From the UHGV virus genome UHGV-0171999: DNA of 64,000 nt; one strand, written 5' to 3'. Below the pieces are notes generated by a model. That model was not told the DNA's origin. It saw only the letters and a list, made by a program, of their open reading frames with translations, and ran no database searches. This document shows, one piece after another, positions 27,851 to 39,842 of this stretch. The translations under genes were made by a program, and so were the position numbers. This DNA is from a virus. Position 1 is the first letter of the stretch; the number at the start of each line of letters is the position of its first letter.

Positions 27851-29658
27851 TATGCAATCCTTATCCAACGATAAACTGTAATATATGGTTGAATGTTAGT
27901 TATTGATGTTGGCGGAGTGTGAGTAGAGTTAGTAGATGCTTTAGCTTCACGGTATTTCGTGTAAACTGGACCAGATTCATCTGGATCGTATTGACATCCA
28001 CCAACAATGACTGATCCATTTTCATCAACTATTAGAACTTCTTCATCCGTTTCAGTTGCAGGAAGATTAGCATTTTCCAATGTAACAGAAGTAGAACCAC
28101 CTGTTCCACCTGCAGTATGTGAAGGATTTCCACCCGAATCTAAATCGTTGTTATTTAGAGCAAAGTTAGGGTCCGAAATATCTTCATTCCATCCAACTAA
28201 AACTTTTCCTTGCCCAAATAATTTCCATGAGCCGAATCCCATATATGTAACAGGGTTATTTGGATTAACAGCGTTTTCATATATAGTTCCAATAGGATAA
28301 ATCGTATCAAAGATATTTGAAACAGCATTAAATTCGCGTTGATAGGATTGAACTGCTTCTACATTTGGCCAACCAATTTTATCGAAGTCTGTTAAATTTA
28401 CATCACCGGAAATATCTACTCCTGGTCCTTGCGATACATAAAGATTATCAGTTTCATCAATAATCTCATCTTTTGTTAATAATGTACCTAAATCATTATT
28501 AAACCAGGTGATATTGATAATGTCACCATGCTCAAATACTCTATCGAAATGTAAAATTTCCGGTATGCCGTTTTCATCAGTTTCAACTGAATAATCGGTA
28601 TGAGACTGTTCCCAAGTTCCACCTAGAACAGCGCATTCTACTTCATCGTCTGAATCAGCACCAACACAATGAAATAATGGCATTCCAACTGTTCCAGCCA
28701 ATTCTTGTAAAATTCCATTAAAACGAACCTCAAGAGAATTAGGATTAATAGGTTCACCTGGAATTAATCCAAAAGCTGAAAATGGAATTGATTTCATTGT
28801 TGATAAATCAGTAACGTAAATGCTTCCTTCTAAAGAAGTTTTTGACGTTAATTTTGAATCTAACAGTCTAATTTGGCGTCTTGTATATGAACTTCTCCAT
28901 TGTGATACACCATCCATAAATGTTTCAATTTGAACAGTGTCACCAATATTACAAGGCTGTCTTAATCGAATATTAAATCCATCAAGAGGAACCAGTTCTC
29001 CTTCATTTTCGCCCGGAGAGCCAAAATCACTGTTTTCACTAAATACATCGCCATAATACAATTCGTTACCACGATGTTTTACTCTGATGTTATTTACATT
29101 ATAACTAGTTCCACGGAAAACATCTAAAAAGTCAGTTTGTCCTTGGACTTCGACTAAAAATTCTTTACGAGCTACATTACTAATGTCTGAACTGGTAATT
29201 TTGTCAATTTGCTTATTTTTGACATATTCCCAACGTCCTGGGGCGCAATACACTAATTCCAAATCGCTGAATTGAACATTAATTTCAACTGGTACTGCAG
29301 ACCCTTTAATCGTATCGCCAGAAGCAGCTACTAGTGTAACTGGGTTGACGTTCCATGTAGCGAATACGTCTCTAGCTCTAATTACCTTGTTGTAATCATT
29401 GACAGTTCCTTTTGGAAGATTTATAGTCACTCTTCCAGAAGAGGTATTAATAGCGTATGATTTTCCCCATTCGGCTTTTAGTGTTTGACCAGATGAAGCA
29501 TCATAAGTTTTCCAGGCACCGGCTGAATATGGAACATCTCCATCACCAAGCTCATAATAAAGCTCATCAAAGTTTTCATTTATTTTTATACCACCTTTAC
29601 GCAGGTAGTCACCGGTACCATCATCAACAACATTACCGATATTAATATTTTGTTTCAT
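27850..29658 (-). CDS. 10: baseplate wedge subunit gp10
   Basis: 602 aa, synteny. Confidence 0.95.
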   Translation of the reverse strand: MKQNINIGNVVDDGTGDYLRKGGIKINENFDELYYELGDGDVPYSAGAWKTYDASSGQTLKAEWGKSYAINTSSGRVTINLPKGTVNDYNKVIRARDVFATWNVNPVTLVAASGDTIKGSAVPVEINVQFSDLELVYCAPGRWEYVKNKQIDKITSSDISNVARKEFLVEVQGQTDFLDVFRGTSYNVNNIRVKHRGNELYYGDVFSENSDFGSPGENEGELVPLDGFNIRLRQPCNIGDTVQIETFMDGVSQWRSSYTRRQIRLLDSKLTSKTSLEGSIYVTDLSTMKSIPFSAFGLIPGEPINPNSLEVRFNGILQELAGTVGMPLFHCVGADSDDEVECAVLGGTWEQSHTDYSVETDENGIPEILHFDRVFEHGDIINITWFNNDLGTLLTKDEIIDETDNLYVSQGPGVDISGDVNLTDFDKIGWPNVEAVQSYQREFNAVSNIFDTIYPIGTIYENAVNPNNPVTYMGFGSWKLFGQGKVLVGWNEDISDPNFALNNNDLDSGGNPSHTAGGTGGSTSVTLENANLPATETDEEVLIVDENGSVIVGGCQYDPDESGPVYTKYREAKASTNSTHTPPTSITNIQPYITVYRWIRIA

Positions 29659-30524
29659 TATTGAGCCACCCCGATTTTCTGCGTAGCGATAACTTTAACT
29701 GCTGCTCTCATACCGACAGTTGAAGAACTTATAGTCGCCGTTACATAATTTTCTTTAATACTAAATGCAATATTAGCGATTTCGTCTTCTTCGGTTTCAT
29801 TCCCAACCCACATGACAGCATATTCAGAAGAAATGACCTCTGAATTAACAGTATCCACAAGAATATTTATTTCTGCTGTTTTAATTTTTCTTCCATCTAC
29901 TGATTGGCACGTAACTAGCAATTTAGCCATATTGTATTCAGTGGGATGAAATAGTGGAATATCAACTGATCCGGATGTAGAAATATTCCATGTACCTTCA
30001 GCTGGTGATTCCTTTTGGCCAAACATACTTTCAATAGAATAATTCCACACCGATGTAGAATTATCAGATGAAATACAACGTAAAGTTACTTTACTATATG
30101 GGCTAGTTACTACTAAATTACCTGAAACACCTTTAATTGAATCAATCGCTTGAATCGTTAAAGGATTAGTAACTGATATAGATCCATTTGAGTTAATAAA
30201 TTCAACGCAATCACCAAGTTCGCCTCTTTCAATGATAACTTTAACACCAACAGTAGAGGTATCAATATCATGCCTAGTGCCAACTTTTACTGGAGTTGCG
30301 TACTCTGCAATAGAGTGTTTTTGATAATATCCAGTAGCATGGATAATTTGGCCATCTGCTCCAGTGCCATTTGCTACTGCCATTTTACGTTGATCGCCAA
30401 ACGCATTATAAATTGCGTTAAAATCACTATTAATTTTATTACCACCGTCGAATAAGATATCACCAGTAGAAGCGTTACCAATTTCGCCGGTATCAATCAA
30501 TTTCTTTGGTTCTTGAATGAACAT
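29658..30524 (-). CDS. 9: baseplate wedge, long tail fiber socket gp9
   Basis: 288 aa, synteny. Confidence 0.95.
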   Translation of the reverse strand: MFIQEPKKLIDTGEIGNASTGDILFDGGNKINSDFNAIYNAFGDQRKMAVANGTGADGQIIHATGYYQKHSIAEYATPVKVGTRHDIDTSTVGVKVIIERGELGDCVEFINSNGSISVTNPLTIQAIDSIKGVSGNLVVTSPYSKVTLRCISSDNSTSVWNYSIESMFGQKESPAEGTWNISTSGSVDIPLFHPTEYNMAKLLVTCQSVDGRKIKTAEINILVDTVNSEVISSEYAVMWVGNETEEDEIANIAFSIKENYVTATISSSTVGMRAAVKVIATQKIGVAQ

Positions 30525-30548
30525 AGCGGTTTCCTTATGAGTTTATAG

Positions 30549-30556
30549 TATTTATA
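30549..30556 (-). promoter_or_regulatory. late promoter core TATAAATA for gene 9
   Basis: Plus-strand TATTTATA 25 nt upstream of the gp9 ATG. Confidence 0.55.
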
Positions 30557-30564
30557 AAGAAAAA

Positions 30565-30582
30565 GGGAGCCCATGGGCTCCC
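30565..30582 (-). terminator. palindromic terminator hairpin after gene 8
   Basis: GGGAGCCC-AT-GGGCTCCC perfect palindrome followed by T-run on the minus strand. Confidence 0.6.
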
Positions 30583-30587
30583 TTAAT

Positions 30588-31592
30588 TTAAAATGTAAAC
30601 AGAATATTGATTTCTTCTGTTTGATCCATTGCCATGATAATAGGTGGCCTATTTTCCATATAAATCATTTCGCCCGAATGCCTCATTAAATCTTCCGGAT
30701 CATAATAATCCTTTTCAGCTTTAACGTTTGGGTCATTTGGATGAGCTTTAGCTTCAAGAGGATTCGTGATTATTGATATTTGTCTAAATCCTTTATTTCC
30801 TGGCAATGCAGCTTCAGGAAAATAAACTGAATCTAAATATGCTTTAAAACGGATAGTATTTGCCTTAACACGGTAAATTAATCCAAAATCATCTTGTTGC
30901 CAAGTGAGGTTATCTTCATACCCCCATCTAGTCGGGTCTTCTTTTAATTCTTCAGGCCAAGGAACCACGATATATTCATTCGTGCATCTATTTATAGATA
31001 CATCAGGCGGAATCTCAAATAGATATTCCCATACATACCCGTCTCCAGGCTCGATTGTTCCTTCCGCGTCTCCTCGACCTTCAGGAGGAGTCATTGATCT
31101 AGCAGAAGGAGTCCATTTTCCACCTAACTTAAGGCATTCATCCTTATTAGTTAAAGACTCAATCGAGCACATTCCGGTATCAGGAACATCTAAACAGCGA
31201 TATACTAACCAGCCTGCGCCTGATTCAGTAGCATTGTAAGGAGCTGAGTTACACACTACAATATCGTTAATTCTAAATGTGTATGGATCCGGATATCTAG
31301 TATCTCCCCAATCTCGACGAGGAATAACTGCATCAAGCATAGATGGAAGAACCTTTACGGTTCCCATCATATGAGTCCACATGTCAGTTACACCTAATAC
31401 GGAATCGGTAGGATAAGGTGGAGCAAAGCCCACCTCATTTTCATTTGATGACCACGGTTCTGATCTTCCAAATGTGATAAAGATAGTGTTTTTATCCGGA
31501 CCACTTCCAATTGAATTATAAAAATTCAACATTTTTTCTGTTCTAAATTTTGAAGTAACTATCGCACGATAGATAACACTTGAGTCATTCAT
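30588..31592 (-). CDS. 8: baseplate wedge subunit gp8
   Basis: 334 aa, synteny. Confidence 0.95.
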   Translation of the reverse strand: MNDSSVIYRAIVTSKFRTEKMLNFYNSIGSGPDKNTIFITFGRSEPWSSNENEVGFAPPYPTDSVLGVTDMWTHMMGTVKVLPSMLDAVIPRRDWGDTRYPDPYTFRINDIVVCNSAPYNATESGAGWLVYRCLDVPDTGMCSIESLTNKDECLKLGGKWTPSARSMTPPEGRGDAEGTIEPGDGYVWEYLFEIPPDVSINRCTNEYIVVPWPEELKEDPTRWGYEDNLTWQQDDFGLIYRVKANTIRFKAYLDSVYFPEAALPGNKGFRQISIITNPLEAKAHPNDPNVKAEKDYYDPEDLMRHSGEMIYMENRPPIIMAMDQTEEINILFTF

Positions 31593-34500
31593 CTATTTTA
31601 ACCTGTGTTGGATTTTCAGGGTCTCTTGGATTTCCTATATTATCTTTTAGACGTTTATTAACTAAATCCCTAAATTGTGCAAATGTTGTTCCAGATGCGT
31701 CAAATAGAGGACTCATTAATTTACGTCGTTCAGACGGCAATTGACCTTGAAATATTGAATTGTTATTTTCAGCATTATAGTCATCAGGAAGAGGATATTC
31801 TACACCAGCCATTGGGCCAGGCTCATAAATTGCTTCGCCTGTTACCGAATCATGCTCAATTTCACCGGTTGGAGTTAATTTAGCTACTCTATCAGCATAT
31901 TCAGTAGGCAATCCAGAATCCCATTTATAGTTTTTGTATTTATTAATTATGGTCTCTGTATGTTTAAGAGTTAAACCAACATTAATAAACATAGTTAAAA
32001 GGGTAATTGCTATAAATCCAAATCCTACTGGATGAACAAAACGAATAACGTCAGATTTCCAACGGGAAGAAGGCAAATTGGATTTAATTTTCATTACATA
32101 ATATGATCGACTTCTATTAATATAGTCTATATTATTTTGAAGCAAATCCTTTCCTTTAACCCCACGAATAATTTCGCCTTCAAAACTAGGAAGTCTTTCT
32201 GCTTTAACTTCTTGACCGGCAATTAATCTTCCCAAAAGATTATGAATAGTTACGGTCCATTGCAATTTACCATTAGAATAGCTTCTTTCTATATAAGTAA
32301 CATTGCATCTTCCTGTAGCTGTATAAATCGTTTGTCCTACTAAGTCTTCAGTCAAAGAATCAGATTGAACGATTATATCATATTCAGTACCAGCCCCAGA
32401 TTCGATTTCAATTTCAACTTCTTCATTATAAAGAACTTTAAAAAGAAATTTGTATGATGCTTCAATTCCTTTAGTAGAATAAAAATCATAGCTACGTGAT
32501 TCGAAAAATCTTGCAACAGCATCGCGTTTGTCAGCATTTAAATAAATGTTTCTTTTATATATCTCTGACCACAAATATTCCCATGCATGCTCTTCTCGCG
32601 GATATTTGTTACGAATTAAATTTCGTAAATTGTTATACTGAGTTCCATATCCATCAGAAAGATACTGAATATATGCTTCGCAAAATGCCTCAAAATTCGA
32701 ATCCTGTAGCAAGTAAGAATCAGGCATCATTGTGCCAATCAATGGTCTTAAATCAGGGTCAGCTAATCCACGCTCTTCTTCAGGCGACCAAGGGGTTTCA
32801 TGCTCTTGGTTTTGTAAAAATGCTTTTAAAAATACTTCAGTTGGCTTCCAAATAATTTCGACAGTGTCTCTAACACGATAATTAAAATCATAGTAAGAAA
32901 TTATTTCACCGGAGGCTTTATAGAAAAGCATCCCAGATGCATATTTTTTAAATCCAGTGAATTTAACATTTGGCATTACTATAGTGCAATCGCCATCATC
33001 CCAGTATTCATGAACTAATCTATCTGGTGATGTTTCCGGAATATTTTCTATAACTTTAGTGTATTTTAAATCAGCATAAACTACTACAACCCTATCAGAG
33101 TTGTTTATCCAACAACGCGTGTTAGATTTTTTAGACCAGTTAAAGAATGGTTCAGCGTAGTATTTCATCGGCTGAGGAGTAAAAGTTTCCCAATCAGACT
33201 TTTCATCTGCTATAAATGCCATCATATGATAATGCTTATCAGCTAGCCATTCACGAGGAAATTCATATTTAACGGCACCGATTAACTGATATTTTGCCGC
33301 AGTTTCAGGGTCATCAACAACATTATCACTTAAAAATTTAAAATTACTCGATGATAGAGAAACTAATTTACCATCAGTTGACATATTCGCATACCCTGGT
33401 TGAATACGTCTTCTTTCTTCTTCAGTGTTGCCAAAAACTCTTTTCCATGTTTTTGTGTCATGATTTAAAACATATATTCCTTTATCAACAGAATCAATTA
33501 TTTTTGATGTTCTAGGATTAGCATTTAATGTTTCAACTTCACCAATAATAAGAGCAAAAACTTTATCACCGACAGAATCCATTTTATAGCATACTGCTTT
33601 AGGATTTCCGGTTATAGTCATTGTATCAGGTTCAAAAAGCCTTTCAGAATATGTTGGAGATAATGGGTCAGAATCTATAGGTGCATTACTCGTTTTTATG
33701 TATCTAACTTTGTCTCTGGCAACAACGTAAATGTAATCATCGGTGCAAGTAATAGCTTCTGCAATGCGATATACATTCGCTGGTAAAGTCGCGTAAGTGG
33801 CAAAAATTTCTACATCAAATCCTAAATGTAATTGGTCGCCAAGTTTAGCAAATGTTATATCCTGTGAACTGAATCTGACATCGTCAGCTGACCATCTAAC
33901 ATCAGTCGATTTGCGGCCATAGAAAATCTTGTCGTATCCTAGAACGTATGTTGTGTTCGCAGATTGGTAATATACTGTCTTAGATAAAGGATATCCTACG
34001 CGGTCATTGAAGAGCTTTACAGCTTTCCAGGTTTGTCCTTTATCATTAGATACTTTAACTACAGGTTGATAACGCTCAAAAAGATATAGAATCCCTTCTG
34101 ATTCCATCAAATAAACTCGGTTAATATCCTTACATACTTGTTGAATAGAACCTTGTATTTCATGATACTCATTTTCACCAATAATAAAATTACTTATTGA
34201 TGAAACATCAACATATGATGGACTGAATTGAAAAGATTCATTCATCAATGCAGCCATTATAGTGTCATTATTAAAATTGACATAATCAGAATTATTAAGA
34301 GTAAATTTTTCCTGAATGAATTTATTGGCTAATTGCATTTCAATCATGTTTTGAAATGTATAAGCATTTGTAGCAAAAGTTTCAAACTCTTCGGTATAAA
34401 TCCAATCAGACTGCTCAAAATCTTGCGCAGCTGTAGCTACTCTGATAATGTATGATGTCAATGGGTCAGCATCATCAAAAAAGAAGCTGTTATTTGCAGT

Positions 34501-34683
34501 ATATCCTAAGTTAATCCATCTGTATTGATTACTCGGGAGATTTTCCCCCGAGTTTGTTTTTGTCTCAGCGATTTCTACAAAATAGTAGAAATTAGCACCA
34601 ACGTCATCCCAGCGTACTTGCACCTGATTTGCGGATAACTTGGAAATTCTGAGACTAGTGACTGAAGGTGCTTTTACTGTCAT
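31585..34683 (-). CDS. 7: baseplate wedge initiator gp7
   Basis: 1032 aa, synteny and length as T4 gp7. Confidence 0.95.
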   Translation of the reverse strand: MTVKAPSVTSLRISKLSANQVQVRWDDVGANFYYFVEIAETKTNSGENLPSNQYRWINLGYTANNSFFFDDADPLTSYIIRVATAAQDFEQSDWIYTEEFETFATNAYTFQNMIEMQLANKFIQEKFTLNNSDYVNFNNDTIMAALMNESFQFSPSYVDVSSISNFIIGENEYHEIQGSIQQVCKDINRVYLMESEGILYLFERYQPVVKVSNDKGQTWKAVKLFNDRVGYPLSKTVYYQSANTTYVLGYDKIFYGRKSTDVRWSADDVRFSSQDITFAKLGDQLHLGFDVEIFATYATLPANVYRIAEAITCTDDYIYVVARDKVRYIKTSNAPIDSDPLSPTYSERLFEPDTMTITGNPKAVCYKMDSVGDKVFALIIGEVETLNANPRTSKIIDSVDKGIYVLNHDTKTWKRVFGNTEEERRRIQPGYANMSTDGKLVSLSSSNFKFLSDNVVDDPETAAKYQLIGAVKYEFPREWLADKHYHMMAFIADEKSDWETFTPQPMKYYAEPFFNWSKKSNTRCWINNSDRVVVVYADLKYTKVIENIPETSPDRLVHEYWDDGDCTIVMPNVKFTGFKKYASGMLFYKASGEIISYYDFNYRVRDTVEIIWKPTEVFLKAFLQNQEHETPWSPEEERGLADPDLRPLIGTMMPDSYLLQDSNFEAFCEAYIQYLSDGYGTQYNNLRNLIRNKYPREEHAWEYLWSEIYKRNIYLNADKRDAVARFFESRSYDFYSTKGIEASYKFLFKVLYNEEVEIEIESGAGTEYDIIVQSDSLTEDLVGQTIYTATGRCNVTYIERSYSNGKLQWTVTIHNLLGRLIAGQEVKAERLPSFEGEIIRGVKGKDLLQNNIDYINRSRSYYVMKIKSNLPSSRWKSDVIRFVHPVGFGFIAITLLTMFINVGLTLKHTETIINKYKNYKWDSGLPTEYADRVAKLTPTGEIEHDSVTGEAIYEPGPMAGVEYPLPDDYNAENNNSIFQGQLPSERRKLMSPLFDASGTTFAQFRDLVNKRLKDNIGNPRDPENPTQVKIDE

Positions 34684-36662
34684 TGTGATATAGGCTCCAA
34701 ATCGATAGTTAAGTATTGTGGACGTAAGTCATTTTCAAATACAATCAGTGAACCGTCGCGAGTAAAGATAACATCATCGGTTGGGTCAGAATATAATTCA
34801 ATGGTCTGAACTTCAAATTTTTCAGATGTTAAATTAATTTTAGCGATATTCCAATAAATCACATCAGCTGGATAATTTATTTCACCGATAACATAGTATT
34901 TGTCACGTCCATCAGAATTTGCTAATTTGTTAAAATCGTTGCCTGTATACGGCTGAATGTTTTCATTTTCTGTAACATCACCAGAAGCAAATGGACCAAT
35001 AATAACTTTACCAATTCCTTTAGAATCTCGGTCTGTTGATACTATGCGAACGTCATATAATACATCTTCTTCTAAACCAGTATCAGGATTTACAACCTTT
35101 CGTCCAGAATTAAATGAAAATGTATTAGATTCCATAGAACGATCTTTTATTTGATTATTGTATTTAATACCTGCTTCAGGCGTTTTATAGAAGTTTTGTA
35201 CTTCACGAACAATTTGAATTGTCGCTGATGAACCAATGATAGAATGATCTACATCATCTACATATGTCAACATCTTAGATTTAGCGAAAGATGAGTTAAA
35301 AATTTCTACATCTTCGGTATAATAACGATCAATTTTATCAATTATTTGACCTTCGAGCCACTGTTCGGATTCTTGCAGCTTATTTAAAGCATATGTGACT
35401 TTTAAATTAGTCTTAATAAAAAGATAATTAGGAGAAATAATTGATGGCGTAATAGGAGCTAAATTATAGTCTTTGAGATAATTTTTAATATCTTCACGCT
35501 GTACGGTAGTTAAATACAGACCTGATTTAGGTTTAGCAGCAATAAATGCATAACCAGGTTTAGTAGAATCAGTGAACGTCTGAACTGCTTGAATAATAGA
35601 ACCAAATCTCTCTGAAACGAATGTATCATAGTCAGTCGCAGTTACGCAGCGTTGCTGAGTTTCGCGTTTAATAGTACCCAATTCGCGAATACGTTCAATA
35701 TCTTCTGGATCACCGCCGCCATCTGCCCCAACAAAATCTGGGTCATCGTTTGGATTTTCATTAATATTGATGACAGTTATATTTGTTAATGTATCTGCGT
35801 ATGAAAATCCGACTGCGCCATTCGCATCTGCACCGTTAGTACTGATGTACTCAATAACAATCGTAGAGTTCTGAGTAGGTTTAAGACCTCCAATGTAATT
35901 AGCGGTTAATGCTCCTTCTGCCGCATTAACGGAAATCTCACCTTCACCAAAATAGAATTCAGTGTTTCCATCAATAGTTTCACGCATATAATAAATCGTT
36001 GATGTTGAACCAGCATGAACCATTGACTTTCTCGTCCAGTTAATCCATTCCGCTCCATCAACATATAATTTAACCTGGTTTCTATCAATATTTTTATCAT
36101 AAATGATAATAGGTGTTAATTTATCATAAATGATTTCGGTTCTTACTATACGCCCTTGAGCAAGTTTTAAACGTGGAAAATATTGGTTATTTTTATCACG
36201 AATAGCAATAACGTCTTCAGTAGAAACGAAGTTATATGGATTAACAGAAGTATCTTTTGCGTATGCTAAAAAGCGAGTACCACGAGGAATAGTAATGTAA
36301 TTTCTATTCAATGCGTCTGTGCACGTTAACATAATTTCAGTCTGTGCAGCGGATTTTGAAGTAGGTAAATATCCGTTATCTTGCGCAGCTTGAACAACTG
36401 AACTTCGTAAGTTAGCAGTACGCATAAAGCTTTCATACACGGCAGCATTACCAAACTGCTGAATGTATAATGTATTATAAGCCAAAAGGTCGCACAGAAC
36501 GTTTAATCTTGAGCCTTCAAAATCATAATCCAAAAATTCATTTTGACCATTAAGCCATTCAATGAGGTTTTGTTTTATTTCAGCAAATGTACCCCCGACG
36601 AATATCTCGGGAATAGCATTTGCTGTTCTTGTTAATTGATAATTTACAGGGGTATTTGCCAT
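34680..36662 (-). CDS. 6: baseplate wedge subunit gp6
   Basis: 660 aa, synteny. Confidence 0.95.
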   Translation of the reverse strand: MANTPVNYQLTRTANAIPEIFVGGTFAEIKQNLIEWLNGQNEFLDYDFEGSRLNVLCDLLAYNTLYIQQFGNAAVYESFMRTANLRSSVVQAAQDNGYLPTSKSAAQTEIMLTCTDALNRNYITIPRGTRFLAYAKDTSVNPYNFVSTEDVIAIRDKNNQYFPRLKLAQGRIVRTEIIYDKLTPIIIYDKNIDRNQVKLYVDGAEWINWTRKSMVHAGSTSTIYYMRETIDGNTEFYFGEGEISVNAAEGALTANYIGGLKPTQNSTIVIEYISTNGADANGAVGFSYADTLTNITVININENPNDDPDFVGADGGGDPEDIERIRELGTIKRETQQRCVTATDYDTFVSERFGSIIQAVQTFTDSTKPGYAFIAAKPKSGLYLTTVQREDIKNYLKDYNLAPITPSIISPNYLFIKTNLKVTYALNKLQESEQWLEGQIIDKIDRYYTEDVEIFNSSFAKSKMLTYVDDVDHSIIGSSATIQIVREVQNFYKTPEAGIKYNNQIKDRSMESNTFSFNSGRKVVNPDTGLEEDVLYDVRIVSTDRDSKGIGKVIIGPFASGDVTENENIQPYTGNDFNKLANSDGRDKYYVIGEINYPADVIYWNIAKINLTSEKFEVQTIELYSDPTDDVIFTRDGSLIVFENDLRPQYLTIDLEPISQ

Positions 36663-36670
36663 TTTAAATC

Positions 36671-36964
36671 CTATTTAATGAATACTTTAGATGATGCCTG
36701 AGCCACAGTATCACCGCATGATATTGGATCAGCCATTTGAACAGCTTTCTTTCCAGTGACATATACCTTAGAAGTTCTAGGTTGTGTCACTCCGCCATGT
36801 GTTTCATATGGCTTTTTAATTTCTGTATGTTCTGTAATTGGATCACCTGCTACGAGAACAGCAATTCCTCCAGTGAATACTTTACTCTGTGTAGCATTCA
36901 CAACTGTTGGAGGCCATGCTTCATGGCCGGCAGTAACGCACTTATCATAACTTAATCCTGACAT
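36671..36964 (-). CDS. 5.4: PAAR-repeat tail spike tip protein gp5.4
   Basis: 97 aa, small Cys/His-containing protein directly downstream of 5.1. Confidence 0.85.
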
Positions 36965-37519
36965 TTATGACCTCTCATACACGTAGCTTCTCAATTTATT
37001 AGCCCAACGACTCCAATTTCCAACTATAGTTTTTGTATAATTTTTAACAAGAGTTTTTCTTATTGGAGCTGGAGGATTCGTCGGTTCAGTAGTATCAGAA
37101 GATGACCTAGAATTACTGCCAGAACCTCCAGATTCACCTTGTTCTTGGTAGTCATATATTAATGTTACTTCGTAAGTGAATGTCTTCTGGAGGTTTTGAG
37201 GAGCTTTCCATAGATATAACTGAGTATTAGAATCAGTTGGAAGGTCTTCCCATGAAGCAGCAGTTTTAAATTCATTATCTAAACGATATTTCAACGCATC
37301 ATTTCCAAATCCAAATACAGATTCATACGTTCCATATAAACGATTTTCTTCTACTAAAACCCCAGGAGTTTCTTCGTAACTAGTTATATTTATAGATACT
37401 AACGTTTCACCTGTTTCTAATTGAGCGGTAAAGGTGACGTCGATAGAAGAACCTTCCATGGATTCTCCTAAATCAGCGCTCATTGGAAGTATATTAGCCA
37501 ATGTCAATCCTCGATCCAT
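36965..37519 (-). CDS. 5.1: gp5.1 hypothetical protein
   Basis: 184 aa from ATG at 37519 (ORF-track start 37522 is TTG); overlaps the 3' end of gene 5. Confidence 0.7.
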
Positions 37520-39221
37520 CAATTGTGTATTGACCAGATGAAATAGAACTCATAGATGCCATTTTTTCTGTCCAATCACCACCAACGTCCCAATCAACTG
37601 TCCCAGCAACTTTCCAAGAAAGATTTCCATTTACTGTATTAGTCTGATTTCCTTCAACTAAAGTGGTAGCATCTCCTTTAACTGTAATGTCAGCATTACC
37701 TTCAACTACAATAGTAACATTACCTTTAACTAGGATAGTTCCATTACCTTCAACTGTCTTAGTTTCATCGCCACGTACAAATATTGTATTACTTCCATCT
37801 ATCTGGTGAAGACGATTATCCATGTTGTAATAAATTTCTGAACCACCGACGTTAGTCTTTTTATCACCGGCTACCAAAAAATTACCATCAGCGTTGGTTA
37901 TATCATACAAATTATCAACAGTTTTTCTTGTTCTTCTTCCTGACGGTGATACTTCTTCATAAGTTCCAGTTGGATGAACTAATCTATATCGTTCTTGCCC
38001 AGGGGTATCATCAAATTCCTGAATATGACCACTTTCAGTTTCCATTGTGTGAACATACGGATATTCACCTTTATATGAAGAAACAGGTTCTTTGAATAAA
38101 ATTCTCGAATCATTCGGAATAGGAGGGTCAGCTGGATCAGAAGACTTCGCCACAGTAGCAGCCATTGCTGATAGAGACCTAGCTGGAGTTTTCACTTCAA
38201 TACCGTATGATTCCAAATTACCCGTAAGAATAATCATGGTAACACGGGATGCACGGCCTTTTGTTTGTTGATACCACAATGAATCACGACCAGCTTTATA
38301 TGCTTTTTCCCAATCTCCGGCTAACATAGCAGTTAACATTGTGTTAAATTTAGCTACACCGCCAACACCCATCTGAAATGCCATATTTTCTAATGCCATT
38401 TGACGAGAACGATTAACTGCTTGCCAAACTGGGCCAACTTTAGAATGTGATTTAATGTCACGTTGCATATCAGCCAAATCACGCTCAAATAAAGCTACCG
38501 CTTCTTCCATTGTAATAGAACCTGGATTTCCGGTAATTTCACGACCAACTTGTTTTGATAAAACTTTATTAATTTGGGTCATATCACGAACTGGCTGCTT
38601 CATGATAAGATGACCAATGCCAATTGTCGGATATCCTTCAGTATCCCAATAAACTTTTAGTCTTAATCCTTCATCACGGCGAAGCATTTCAGCCATTGAC
38701 ATATTTGGATTATCATCAGTTGGAATCTCTGATAACGGTCTATCATCGGGATTTATTGCAGTGTCTAGATTGCTATCTTGGATAATATTAGAAGACGAAT
38801 CATATCCTACTTCTCCGCCTTGGTTTAATACGTTAGTATCATTTCCTAGACGTCTAGGATACTGTCCAGTCGGGTCAGAAAATCCTTCAAGTCTATTAGG
38901 CTTTTCGCGAACTATTCCGCCATACGTGCCAAGGACAATTCCGTTAGTTTTCCATTTGTCTAAAAAATGACCATAAACTCTAGTTCCTTCTACCGGACCA
39001 GTAACGGAGCCTCCAATTCCAGACATTGCTGCAGAAGTTATAGGTTGAATAACTGACATCCATGGTAATTTATCAGTTGGAATACCCATTACGTCGCCTT
39101 GTGCTCTTTGAGGTGGATGCAGACCAACTACACGAACACGAACACGACCTAATTTTAATGGGTCCATTCTATCTTCAACAACACCAACAAACCAATTAAG
39201 GTTATTACTTATCATTTCCAT
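37494..39221 (-). CDS. 5: baseplate central spike and tail lysozyme gp5
   Basis: 575 aa; internal T4-lysozyme-like domain (MAEMLRRDEGLRLKVYWDTEGYPTIGIGHL); C-terminal beta-helix VxGxxxxx repeats. Confidence 0.95.
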   Translation of the reverse strand: MEMISNNLNWFVGVVEDRMDPLKLGRVRVRVVGLHPPQRAQGDVMGIPTDKLPWMSVIQPITSAAMSGIGGSVTGPVEGTRVYGHFLDKWKTNGIVLGTYGGIVREKPNRLEGFSDPTGQYPRRLGNDTNVLNQGGEVGYDSSSNIIQDSNLDTAINPDDRPLSEIPTDDNPNMSMAEMLRRDEGLRLKVYWDTEGYPTIGIGHLIMKQPVRDMTQINKVLSKQVGREITGNPGSITMEEAVALFERDLADMQRDIKSHSKVGPVWQAVNRSRQMALENMAFQMGVGGVAKFNTMLTAMLAGDWEKAYKAGRDSLWYQQTKGRASRVTMIILTGNLESYGIEVKTPARSLSAMAATVAKSSDPADPPIPNDSRILFKEPVSSYKGEYPYVHTMETESGHIQEFDDTPGQERYRLVHPTGTYEEVSPSGRRTRKTVDNLYDITNADGNFLVAGDKKTNVGGSEIYYNMDNRLHQIDGSNTIFVRGDETKTVEGNGTILVKGNVTIVVEGNADITVKGDATTLVEGNQTNTVNGNLSWKVAGTVDWDVGGDWTEKMASMSSISSGQYTIDGSRIDIG

Positions 39222-39795
39222 AAGATTTCTCCATTATACGTATAAGGTCGTTCATAAATGAATTGATGTCTGATTTTGCTATTATTTTTATTTGACGAAG
39301 TTTTTCATTTTCAAGAACAGCAGCTTCATACGTATCGACTGCAGCAAGTGCTCCTTCATATTGAGGATATTTTCTAGCTTTATCGCCTTTGTCATACCAA
39401 ACATATGGATTATCATCATATGATACTAAATTATAAAATTTTTCACCGTTCTCGTTCACATGATATACTATTTGGTCTCCACCTACGTTTTTGTATTTTT
39501 GTATAGATGCTTGATAAGCAGCTTCTTGCGAAGTAATCCATCCATAATACGGATCATAATTATCATTACACATCAATAAAACCCAATACAACTGCGGATT
39601 TCCATATATAGCATTTGCTAATTCTTCCGGGCGTGGTGAACCTTTAATATAATAAGTACGTAAACGGTATCCCGCAAGAGCACGTTTGAAATAGTCTTTA
39701 TAGTTTCTAAAAATATCTGTCATAGGAATAGTCGGCGCGTTTTTATTCACCGTTTTGGCCGCATATTCAATCGGATCAAAAAATGTAAAGAGCAT
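39205..39795 (-). CDS. 53: baseplate wedge subunit gp53
   Basis: 196 aa, synteny upstream of gene 5. Confidence 0.9.
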   Translation of the reverse strand: MLFTFFDPIEYAAKTVNKNAPTIPMTDIFRNYKDYFKRALAGYRLRTYYIKGSPRPEELANAIYGNPQLYWVLLMCNDNYDPYYGWITSQEAAYQASIQKYKNVGGDQIVYHVNENGEKFYNLVSYDDNPYVWYDKGDKARKYPQYEGALAAVDTYEAAVLENEKLRQIKIIAKSDINSFMNDLIRIMEKSYGNDK

Positions 39796-39808
39796 GGGCC
39801 CTCCTGTT

Positions 39809-39816
39809 TATAAATA
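39809..39816 (+). promoter_or_regulatory. late promoter core TATAAATA for gene 4
   Basis: TATAAATA 27 nt upstream of the gp4 ATG. Confidence 0.55.
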
Positions 39817-39823
39817 TATTATC

Positions 39824-39831
39824 TATTTATA
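39824..39831 (-). promoter_or_regulatory. late promoter core TATAAATA (minus strand) for gene 53
   Basis: Plus-strand TATTTATA 29 nt upstream of the gp53 ATG; divergent from the gene 4 promoter. Confidence 0.55.
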
Positions 39832-39842
39832 AGGAGAATCCA